From NCBI GenBank assembly GCA_023142995.1, contig JAGLIM010000006.1:32577-96576 (forward strand): a DNA stretch of 64,000 bases, written 5' to 3'. Positions 19,728 to 27,716 of the stretch are shown piece after piece. The DNA is from Minisyncoccota bacterium. Its GTDB lineage: Bacteria > Patescibacteriota > Minisyncoccia > JAHIHE01 > JAGLIN01. The translations under genes were made by a program, and so were the position numbers. The notes beneath the pieces were generated by a model, which saw only the letters and a list, made by a program, of their open reading frames with translations, did no database searches and was not told where the DNA came from. Positions within the stretch are counted from its first letter, which is position 1; each line of letters opens with the position of its first letter.

Positions 19728-20261
19728 ATGAAAAATTGGGAAACAATAAAATCAAAAACAGCATTCAAATGCAAGTATATGAAAATTCTTGAAGAAGATT
19801 TTGTTATGCCAAGCGGAAAAATACGTAAGTACTATATTCTTAAAAGAAATGATTATGTTATTGTGATTGCGAAAGAAGGGAATTATTTTTATTTAATTGA
19901 GCAATATAGATATACAACAAAATCAAAATTACTTCAAGTTGTTGCTGGGGCAATAGAAAATGGAGAGACACAGCTACAAGCTGCAAAAAAAGAATTAAAA
20001 GAAGAGGCTGGAATAACAGCGAAAAAGTTTAAAAAACTTGGTTGGTTTTATTCTAATTACGGATGTTCTGATCAGAAAGCATATGTTTTTTTGGCAGAAG
20101 ATATAAAACTTGGCGAGCAAATGCCTGATAGTATGGAGAAAGAATGTGGAATCCAAAGAAAGAAATTAAAAATTTCAGAAGTTAAGAAATTAATCAAATC
20201 AGGAAAAATTGAAGACCATGATACATTAGCAGCACTTTGTTTGTTTATGTTAAAGTATTAA
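19728..20261 (+). CDS. NUDIX hydrolase.
   Basis: Nudix box GAIENGETQLQAAKKELKEEAGI (GX5EX7REUXEEXGU). The start is taken at MKNWET. Earlier in-frame ATG codons would overlap the repeat. Confidence 0.8.
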   Translation: MKNWETIKSKTAFKCKYMKILEEDFVMPSGKIRKYYILKRNDYVIVIAKEGNYFYLIEQYRYTTKSKLLQVVAGAIENGETQLQAAKKELKEEAGITAKKFKKLGWFYSNYGCSDQKAYVFLAEDIKLGEQMPDSMEKECGIQRKKLKISEVKKLIKSGKIEDHDTLAALCLFMLKY

Positions 20262-20262
20262 T

Positions 20263-20544
20263 TGTCATTCTGAACCCATTCGGCTATCGCTCAGGGCAGG
20301 CCCGTTTCAGAATCTACTTTTCTTTTATATCTAATTAATCCTACAAATCGCAAAATTTTTGAATAAATTGAAAATGCAATAATCTTTTAATATTTTTCGA
20401 CCTTATTCCGAAATTTACCGCATATAACTTCTCCATAAAGTCGAACAATATTATTGTGTTTATATTGAAAAAGAAAGTACAGTGTAAATAGTATAAATCA
20501 AAACCTAAAATAATAAAGATTCTGAACTAAATTCAGAATGACAA
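20263..20544 (+). mobile_element. MITE-like non-coding element, copy B. It is 282 bp with 13-bp terminal inverted repeats TTGTCATTCTGAA / TTCAGAATGACAA.
   Basis: Perfect terminal inverted repeats at 20263-20275 and 20532-20544. It carries the palindromic element at 20387-20458. It is paralogous to 9801-10076. Confidence 0.5.
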
Positions 20545-20572
20545 ATTGTTTAATAAACTAATAGAAAAAACA

Positions 20573-20902
20573 ATGGGAATTAAAAGTTCAATTAAAAAAG
20601 TTATTGGAAAAGGTGCTATGAAAGTTTCTAAGACGAAACTTGGGAAAAAAGTGATGGACAAGGCAATGGAAAAAGAGCTTAAAAAAATGCCAGAAGGTCA
20701 AAGAGAAATGGCAAAAAAAGCAATGGAAGCTATGCAAAATATGAGTCCCGAAGAACAAGAAGAAATTTCAGAGAAAATGAAAAAACTTTTAGGAGGAAGA
20801 GAAAATCCAAGCGCAGGAGAAATGATGGGGATAATGAGAAAAATGTCTCCAGAACAGCGAAAAGAATATGAAGATTTGGCAAGAAAAATGATGGGGATGT
20901 AG
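20573..20902 (+). CDS. Met/Lys-rich small protein, hypothetical.
   Basis: The ORF is MGIKSSIKKV...MSPEQRKEYEDLARKMMGM. I started it at the first ATG, because the longer ORF starts at TTG inside the MITE. Confidence 0.4.
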   Translation: MGIKSSIKKVIGKGAMKVSKTKLGKKVMDKAMEKELKKMPEGQREMAKKAMEAMQNMSPEEQEEISEKMKKLLGGRENPSAGEMMGIMRKMSPEQRKEYEDLARKMMGM

Positions 20903-20929
20903 AGCAAAGTTTATAAAGTCATTAAGTTT

Positions 20930-21535
20930 ATGAAGTGTCCTGATTGTGGGGGAAAGTTAAAAGAAGTTTTTACAACTGGTCATTATGGAGCAAAGATTGT
21001 TCTTGATCAGTGTTTTACTTGTGGCGGAATTTGGTTTGATAATTTTGAATCGCAGTCAGTTCCTAAAAGAGAAATTGAAAAGATTGAAAGCATAAATACT
21101 GATAAACTTCAGAAAAATTCGTTTTTAGGAAAAGGTAATAATTTATGTCCAAAATGTTCTGTTAAGCTAGAGATATTCAAGGATTATAATTTTCCAAAAC
21201 AACTAGAAGCTGAATATTGTCAAAGCTGTAGCGGTTTTTGGATGAATAGGGGAGAGGCGACTAGTTTTAAATCCTGGCAAGAAGAAAAAAAAGCGAAAAG
21301 TAAAAGATCATTAACAGAGGAAGACAAAAAATTTCAACAAGAGATTAAAAGTATTCTTTCTTCTGGCAAAAGCAATAATTTTGGTATGCTAGGAGAAATT
21401 GGAAAGGTTTTGACATATCGTCAAACTAGAAATGGTAATCGTATAGGAGCGCAAGATAGAACTGAAACTGAAAAAACTCTAGCGTTTATAGTTGGAATAA
21501 TATCAATGTTGTTAAGATTGTTTTTAAGACATTAG
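20930..21535 (+). CDS. Double zinc-ribbon protein (TFIIB-like).
   Basis: Two CxxC...CxxC units: CPDCGG...CFTCGG and CPKCS...CQSCSG. Confidence 0.5.
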   Translation: MKCPDCGGKLKEVFTTGHYGAKIVLDQCFTCGGIWFDNFESQSVPKREIEKIESINTDKLQKNSFLGKGNNLCPKCSVKLEIFKDYNFPKQLEAEYCQSCSGFWMNRGEATSFKSWQEEKKAKSKRSLTEEDKKFQQEIKSILSSGKSNNFGMLGEIGKVLTYRQTRNGNRIGAQDRTETEKTLAFIVGIISMLLRLFLRH

Positions 21536-21566
21536 AATTTCTGTTTGAAAATTTAATTTTAAATAA

Positions 21567-22034
21567 ATGAAAGGATTTGTTGTTATTTGTGATTCGCTTC
21601 GGAGCTTGCATAATGTAGGATCTGTTTTCAGAACGGCGGATGGAGCGGGGATTGATAAAGTTTATTTATGCGGTATTACAGGAATGCCTGATACACAAAA
21701 GCATCAAAGACAAATATCAAAAGTGGCTCTTGGCGCGCAGGATTATGTTAAATGGGAATATGTTAAACAATCATGGAGATTAGTTGAAAAACTTAAGAAA
21801 GAAGGTTATCAGATCGTTTCACTTGAGCAAACGTCAAAAAGTGTTAATTATACAAAATTCAAACCTAAATTTCCAATGGCTTTGATTATTGGCAATGAGG
21901 GGAAGGGGGTAAAGAAATCACTTTTGGAAAGATCTGATGAAATTATTGATATTCCAATGCGCGGACAAAAAGAGTCGCTGAATGTTTCTGTTGCTTTTGG
22001 AATTGTTGCTTATTGGATTGGGGGATTTAAATAA
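21567..22034 (+). CDS. SpoU/TrmH-family (SPOUT) RNA 2'-O-methyltransferase.
   Basis: SLHNVGSVFRTADGAGID...ALIIGNEGKGV...SLNVSVAFGIVAY. Confidence 0.8.
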   Translation: MKGFVVICDSLRSLHNVGSVFRTADGAGIDKVYLCGITGMPDTQKHQRQISKVALGAQDYVKWEYVKQSWRLVEKLKKEGYQIVSLEQTSKSVNYTKFKPKFPMALIIGNEGKGVKKSLLERSDEIIDIPMRGQKESLNVSVAFGIVAYWIGGFK

Positions 22035-22057
22035 AAAGAATTTATAAGATTTCTACG

Positions 22058-22176
22058 GCACTTTAGTGCACGGTTAAGGAGGTTTTAACCTCGTGAAATT
22101 TAGCGCAATAAAATAATCTTTTTTCGTGAGGTTAAAACCTCTTTGACCCTCGGCTAAAGCCTGGTAGAAATTATTT
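22058..22176 (+). ncRNA. Candidate structured RNA or leader. It has nested hairpins enclosed by a long-range stem.
   Basis: TTTCTAC/GTAGAAA forms the outer stem. GGCACTTTAG pairs with CTAAAGCC. There are two internal GAGGTTTTAACCTC / GAGGTTAAAACCTC hairpins. Confidence 0.25.
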
Positions 22177-22184
22177 AAAACACT

Positions 22185-22898
22185 ATGAACAAAAACAACT
22201 CACAAAAAACCATAGAAAAGATTAAAGATGATTATGATCTGATTGCCAGAGAATGGGATTTGAGTAGGAATAGAGCATCTCAAATAAAGATCAATTTAAT
22301 ATCTGAAATTAAGCCAAAGAATAAAGTTTTAGATATTGGTTGTGGTAACGCTCTGATGCTTCCTTTCGTTTTAGAAAAAGGAGCTTTTTTTTCTGGTCTG
22401 GACATTTCAGAAAAACTTATTAAAATTGCCAGAAAAAAATATTCAAAAGAAATAGAACAAAAAAAAGCAGAACTTTTTGTTGGCAATGCGACAGAACTTT
22501 CTTTTAAAGAAAATGAATTTGACTTTGTAATTAGTTTTGCGGTTCTTCATCATATTCCTTCAAAAGAACTTCAGAAAAAGTTTTTTGAAGAGATTAAGAG
22601 AGTTTCTAAACCGAATGCAAAAGTGAAGATTATAGTTTGGAATCTTTTGAGCAATTGGGCTGATAAGAGATTTAATATCAGAGATCAATTAGATGGAAAA
22701 GAAAGTGGAGATGTACTGATTCCATGGAAAGCAACTCAAGGGAAGATCATTGATCGTTATTATTATCAATTTTCAAAAAAAGAGCTTTTGTCTTTTGCTC
22801 AAGATGTAGGATTTAATAATATAGAAATTAATCTTTTCAATAGAGCAGGAGAAAAAGCAGAAAATGGAGAAGAGATGGTTTTAGAGATGGAGATTTAG
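22185..22898 (+). CDS. Class I SAM-dependent methyltransferase.
   Basis: Motif I VLDIGCGNALMLP. Post-I acidic residue. The length is typical for the family. Confidence 0.75.
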   Translation: MNKNNSQKTIEKIKDDYDLIAREWDLSRNRASQIKINLISEIKPKNKVLDIGCGNALMLPFVLEKGAFFSGLDISEKLIKIARKKYSKEIEQKKAELFVGNATELSFKENEFDFVISFAVLHHIPSKELQKKFFEEIKRVSKPNAKVKIIVWNLLSNWADKRFNIRDQLDGKESGDVLIPWKATQGKIIDRYYYQFSKKELLSFAQDVGFNNIEINLFNRAGEKAENGEEMVLEMEI

Positions 22899-23019
22899 TA
22901 ATATTATTTTAAATTTTCTAATTTAAATTGTCATTTCGAATCCCGTTAGGGTGAGAAATCTATTAATAATACTATACAAATAGAATGGTATTATTCTGAA
23001 AATAAATCATAAGATCATT

Positions 23020-23754
23020 ATGGAAGAATTTTTGAAAATAGAAAATCAAATCAAACAAGATCCTTTTATAGAAGGTCCAGAAGAAACTACCGAAGAAGTT
23101 AGGGAGGAACTGAGAAAAAAGGTTAAAGAATATTATAGAACAAATGATATTTCTGAAGACTTGATCGAGCAATTTATCATTCATAATGATCAGGTTGAAT
23201 ATTTTGTAGATCGTTTTTCAGAAAAGGAAGGTTTCAACGAAAAAGAAAAAGAAATAGCGCTTTTAACCGCAATTTTTCATGATATTACCAAGGGCAGTGA
23301 AGATTTTCTAAATCACGGAGAAGGAGGAGGATTGATCACAAAAGAAATTCTTATTGATATGGGTATAAGCGAGGAATTGGCAGAAAGCGTGAAATTAGGA
23401 ATAGAAAGACATATGGGTCAAGAAGGATATCCTACAGATCTGGCAAAGAAAAAATATGGAGATGATTTTGAATATCCGAAATATGCAACTGAAGTAGGAA
23501 AGATGGTCTTTGAGTGTGATATTCTAACTCAACTTACAAAAAAGGGGTTTAATAAAATTCTACTTTTAAGAGAAATAGATAAAGAAAATAGAAAAGAAGA
23601 CGAAGTAGTGGCTTTTGAGAAAAACATTACCAGAGAAGAAGCGGCTGTACTCTCAGTGCTCAAGAGCGCAAAAAAGTCTTACGATCTAATCAAAAATAGA
23701 TTTATAAAAAAGTGCGCGGAAGAACTCTATGAAGAAATTAAAAAAGAATATTAG
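23020..23754 (+). CDS. HD-domain phosphohydrolase.
   Basis: IFHDITKG HD motif and a downstream His/Asp. Confidence 0.7.
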   Translation: MEEFLKIENQIKQDPFIEGPEETTEEVREELRKKVKEYYRTNDISEDLIEQFIIHNDQVEYFVDRFSEKEGFNEKEKEIALLTAIFHDITKGSEDFLNHGEGGGLITKEILIDMGISEELAESVKLGIERHMGQEGYPTDLAKKKYGDDFEYPKYATEVGKMVFECDILTQLTKKGFNKILLLREIDKENRKEDEVVAFEKNITREEAAVLSVLKSAKKSYDLIKNRFIKKCAEELYEEIKKEY

Positions 23755-23780
23755 GAATATTCTTTTTGATATGATCTTTA

Positions 23781-23925
23781 TGTAGAAACTGTTTTGTCTG
23801 TCCGCCTTGGGAGGGTAAATAGTTTCTGATGTTTTCTAAGTAAATAATATTTATTGATATTTCAAAACAAAAAAATAAAAGCAACTTGCGTTATTTTGTA
23901 GAACAAAATATGCTTGTTGCTTTTT
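23781..23925 (+). repeat. 'GCGGGAAC-hairpin-TTTCTGATGTTTTC' element family, copy C1. It contains the GTCCGCCTTGGGAGGG core.
   Basis: It is paralogous to 58089-58245, 58981-59080 and 63423-63556. Confidence 0.45.
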
Positions 23926-23928
23926 AGT

Positions 23929-24702
23929 TTAAATTTTATAGGTATAAATATATTCTTTTCTTCCTTCGTCGTTCAGACAATAAAGGAGCCCCTGGGAAAA
24001 GTCTATACCTCCATTTGTTTTTGCTGTGGTTTTCTCTATGATTGTTCCTGTGGAGGATACTTTATAGAGAAAATCTTCCTGACTTATATAGAAATAATCA
24101 TTCTTTGTTGTTATTCCCTGAATGTTCTCTATATTTTCACTCAAGGGAATATAGCCAGCGTAGTTAAGATCTGGCAGATCATATTTTCATATTTTACTGT
24201 CATAGAAACTTACAACAAAAACTTGATCGTTACTGACGGTAACTCCAGCAACTTCATGTCCTTGAGCTGAGATGTCATATTTGCCGATATAGCTTAGATC
24301 AGAAGCATCCCAAATCGCAATATGCTGAGATCTGAAATTATTATGATTGTCCCAATATTCTACTGGAATATAAAGCTTCCCGTTATGATAATCTCCGTCT
24401 CCAAGATGGTTTATGCCTCCTCCAATTTCAGAGAAAACATTCCTATTAATATCAATTTCATTCCAATTTTTATCTACCTTTTTGATAAAGTCAGTATGGA
24501 AGAGATAGAAATAAGTTTCGTCAGTTGTTATTCCCTGATGAGCATTTATATCAGGTGATTGCTGTACTAATTCGTACTGACCTACATCTGGATCAATGTT
24601 ATTTTCTTCACTCACACCTATTTGAGGGGAAAGTATGAGAAGAAAAATAACAATTTCTGCTAGGAATATCATTTCTATTAATACTGATTCATTTCTTACC
24701 AT
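23929..24702 (-). pseudogene. Secreted repeat protein interrupted by one in-frame TGA. This is a pseudogene or readthrough candidate.
   Basis: ORFs 24187-24702 and 23929-24144 are in the same frame. They are separated only by the TGA after ...FYDSKI. The repeat QGITT(D/K)..YFY appears on both sides. Confidence 0.5.
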
Positions 24703-24800
24703 TGCTTTTCCTCCTTTTGTTTTTTTGAATGATTTTTTAAATTTTATCTAAGATAATATCATAAAATCAGAGATTTGTCAAGAATATAAGATAGAAAAAA

Positions 24801-25025
24801 TTAAAAAGGTGAAATAATTTCTATTAGAAATCCAAATACTTTTTCTCCAAATAAGATTATTAATATATCAGCAATAGCGATTGTTATCAGAGCAATAGGA
24901 AGTACAAAGTTGTTTGGCCATATAAGATGGATAAATAGAATTGCTAGATCCAGTATAATGCACATAGCAATTATTTCTTCTATTCTGCTGGTTGATTTAG
25001 AGCGTTTTTTATTATTTTTAGACAT
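24801..25025 (-). CDS. Small 2-TM membrane protein, hypothetical.
   Basis: 74-aa ORF with two hydrophobic helices. Confidence 0.3.
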   Translation of the reverse strand: MSKNNKKRSKSTSRIEEIIAMCIILDLAILFIHLIWPNNFVLPIALITIAIADILIILFGEKVFGFLIEIISPF

Positions 25026-25044
25026 ATATTTTATTTGTTAATTA

Positions 25045-26742
25045 TTAATAATTTAAATATTTTATCATATATCCATCAACAAGATCATATTCTAGTTTTC
25101 GATAATAGTTCCTTACTCCTACACCGCTGATGACGGTGATCTTTTTTAAACCGAATTCTGCTTTAGTGATCTTTTCTGCTTCAGCGATTAGTTTTTTTCC
25201 AAGTCCAGTATGTTGGGGCGATTTTTTGCTTTTTGATCTTATAGGAACGAGTTGGCCGTATGTGTGAATTTCGCGGATAATAGAAGCATTTTCAAGAGCA
25301 GGGATAAAAGAATGAACTCCAATCTCGTTAATTCTTAGTCTTAATAAAGAATAGATGTGTTGTCTTTTTTTATCTTCAAAACTTAAAAATATTTCTTTGC
25401 CACCTGAAGCGTTGTAATCTTGGCGGAATAATTTTAAATTATTAACCACCCCTAGCCCCTCCTTTAAAAGGAGGGGATTTTGATTTCTTACTTCCCGGCA
25501 TCTGATACATTTGCAATTCCATCCCTCTTCTTCTGATCTTTTCTTGAGAACTTGTCTTAAATTGGAAACTTTATTTCCAGCGACAATGCTTGTTGATGGA
25601 ATGTCTCTAATAAGGCGGGTAATGCGAACATAATAAGGAACTATTTTTTTGATCTCACAAAGTAATTGAATGAGTTTTTTGTCTGGATATGGTTTGTATT
25701 TGCCAGTTTTAAGCCATTTATAAATAGGAGCATTTTTGACAACCACGCAAGGATAAATTTTCAGCATATCTGGCTGAAAATCGGGATTTGAAAATAATTC
25801 TTTAAACATTGTTAAATCTTTTTTGTAGTTTGATCCTGGTAGATCTGGCATCATATGATAGTTTATTTTAAAGCCAGTTTCTTTTAGTAGCCTTGTCGCT
25901 TTGATCGTTTCGTTAACAGAATGTCCACGTTTGTTAAATTTCAAAACATCATCATAAACACTTTGCACTCCAAGTTCAACTCGCGTTGCTCCAAGTTTTC
26001 TCATTTGTAATATTTCTTTCTCATCAATATAATCAGGACGTGTTTCAAGCGTAAGTCCTACAATTCGATGTGAAGCTTTTTCGTTTATTTTTTGGAGTTG
26101 TTTGAGCGATAAGGCTCTAAGTGGCTTTTGAAGCCACTTAGAGCCTGCGTTGCATGCAGAAAAACATTCTTTTATAAACCAAGTTTGATATTGTTTTGGA
26201 AGATAAGAGAAAGTTCCACCCATTACGATCAATTCGATTTTATCTGTTTTATGTCCAGTAGCTTTAAGTGATCTTAATCTTGCTTGAACTTGTTTATAGG
26301 GATGAAAATCTGTTAAAACTGCCCGCATTACTGCTGGTTCATTTGAGAGATAACTTTTTGGTATACCTTTCTCATTAGGACAAAATTTACAAGTTCCAGG
26401 GCAGGGGTATGGCTTTGTCAGAACTGCAATAATCGCTACACCTGATGAGCTGCGAATATCTTTTGTCATTAAAACTTTTTCAATTTCTTTTTGAAGATTT
26501 CTTTTTGATATTTTTCTATAAGATCTGAGAAGCTCTATATTAGTTGGACAAGGCATTTTATATTTCTTTGAGGCTTTTCTTTTGAGCTTTGAAAGATATT
26601 CTGAAGAAAGTTGTCTTTTTTTGACAGAAACCTTTTCAATAAGTTCGTTGATAATGTATTGGTTAATATTCATAAAATGATTTAGTTTAGATAAGTAAGT
26701 ATAGTGTGTTAATGTAATTTTATCAAGAAAGGCTTCTGGCAA
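25045..26742 (-). CDS. elp3: Elp3-family radical-SAM/GNAT tRNA-modification enzyme, a bacterial Elp3 homologue.
   Basis: Radical-SAM Cys cluster KPYPCPGTCKFCPNEKGIP. C-terminal GNAT HTGLGKKLIAEAEKI. It contains an in-frame copy of the CCCTAGCCCCTCC...GGAGGGG palindromic repeat (KEGLGVVNN). Confidence 0.85.
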   Translation of the reverse strand: MPEAFLDKITLTHYTYLSKLNHFMNINQYIINELIEKVSVKKRQLSSEYLSKLKRKASKKYKMPCPTNIELLRSYRKISKRNLQKEIEKVLMTKDIRSSSGVAIIAVLTKPYPCPGTCKFCPNEKGIPKSYLSNEPAVMRAVLTDFHPYKQVQARLRSLKATGHKTDKIELIVMGGTFSYLPKQYQTWFIKECFSACNAGSKWLQKPLRALSLKQLQKINEKASHRIVGLTLETRPDYIDEKEILQMRKLGATRVELGVQSVYDDVLKFNKRGHSVNETIKATRLLKETGFKINYHMMPDLPGSNYKKDLTMFKELFSNPDFQPDMLKIYPCVVVKNAPIYKWLKTGKYKPYPDKKLIQLLCEIKKIVPYYVRITRLIRDIPSTSIVAGNKVSNLRQVLKKRSEEEGWNCKCIRCREVRNQNPLLLKEGLGVVNNLKLFRQDYNASGGKEIFLSFEDKKRQHIYSLLRLRINEIGVHSFIPALENASIIREIHTYGQLVPIRSKSKKSPQHTGLGKKLIAEAEKITKAEFGLKKITVISGVGVRNYYRKLEYDLVDGYMIKYLNY

Positions 26743-26832
26743 TTATCAAAGATTAGCCATAATAATAAATAGGCAAGTGCTCTAAATCGTGATAAAATTA
26801 TATTAAGAACAAATAATTATTAAGTTAAATAT

Positions 26833-27210
26833 ATGAAAAAAATAATTTCAACAGAAAAAGTTTCAGAAGTGGTAGGTCCATACTCGCAAGCAGTTGAAGC
26901 TGGTGGTTTTGTTTTTTTATCAGGACAAATTCCACTGAAAGTGGACGGAACTATAATTGATGGGGATATTAAAGATCAGACAAAACAAGTGCTTGATAAT
27001 ATCGGAGAAATTCTAAATGCATCTGGATTGAATTATGAAAATGTAGCAAAAGTTACAGTTTACCTTTCTGATATGAGTGATTTTAGAGAAATGAATGAAG
27101 TTTATATTAAATATTTTAAAAAAGATTTTCCTGCTAGGTCAACAATCCAAGTTTCTGAACTTCCAAAAGAAGTCGGCATAGAAATGGATGTGATTGCAGC
27201 GAAAGAATAA
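26833..27210 (+). CDS. ridA: RidA/YjgF-family reactive-intermediate deaminase.
   Basis: 125 aa. GPYSQAV...FLSGQIP...RSTIQV. Confidence 0.9.
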   Translation: MKKIISTEKVSEVVGPYSQAVEAGGFVFLSGQIPLKVDGTIIDGDIKDQTKQVLDNIGEILNASGLNYENVAKVTVYLSDMSDFREMNEVYIKYFKKDFPARSTIQVSELPKEVGIEMDVIAAKE

Positions 27211-27342
27211 GAGAATTTCTTAAAAACTTTGTTTTTATTATAAAAGCTACTGAAAACTATTTTGTTTTTAGTGGTTTTTTTAATGTCTTAAATATGCTAT
27301 AATAAAGTCGATAGAAAATATGCGAAAATTAATATAAACCAA

Positions 27343-27705
27343 ATGATTGCTGAATATTTTGTTAATTTACCAATAAATTTCATCAAGGGAATTATAAATT
27401 TCTTCTCTTTTTGGTATATAATAAGTTCTAGGTCTTTTTGGCATAAAGAAATTGCCTTTATAAAAGGGATTGAAAGAGATATCGGTGTTCTTATAAATTT
27501 AAAGTTGGTGTTTCAGCCGATTTATGGTGATTATACGTATATGGGGAGAGCTATTGGTCCTATTTTTAGATTATCTCGTGTTTTGATTGGTTTTCTTATT
27601 ATGTTAGTTTCAATTATTGTAGTTTTGATGATTTATTTAATTTGGATACTTCTGCCACCAGTTACTTTCTTGATGGTGTTTTTGAATCTAGTTTATGTCT
27701 TTTAA
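27343..27705 (+). CDS. Small membrane protein, hypothetical.
   Basis: Hydrophobic 120-aa ORF directly upstream of the Clp ATPase. Confidence 0.35.
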   Translation: MIAEYFVNLPINFIKGIINFFSFWYIISSRSFWHKEIAFIKGIERDIGVLINLKLVFQPIYGDYTYMGRAIGPIFRLSRVLIGFLIMLVSIIVVLMIYLIWILLPPVTFLMVFLNLVYVF

Positions 27706-27716
27706 TTTAAATTTGA

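Noticed and set aside
22929-22962. A possible tRNA 3' half because of TTCGAATCC.
   Set aside because: No D-arm, anticodon arm or acceptor-stem pairing can be built around it. It is a TGTCATTT-hairpin unit of the REP-like family.
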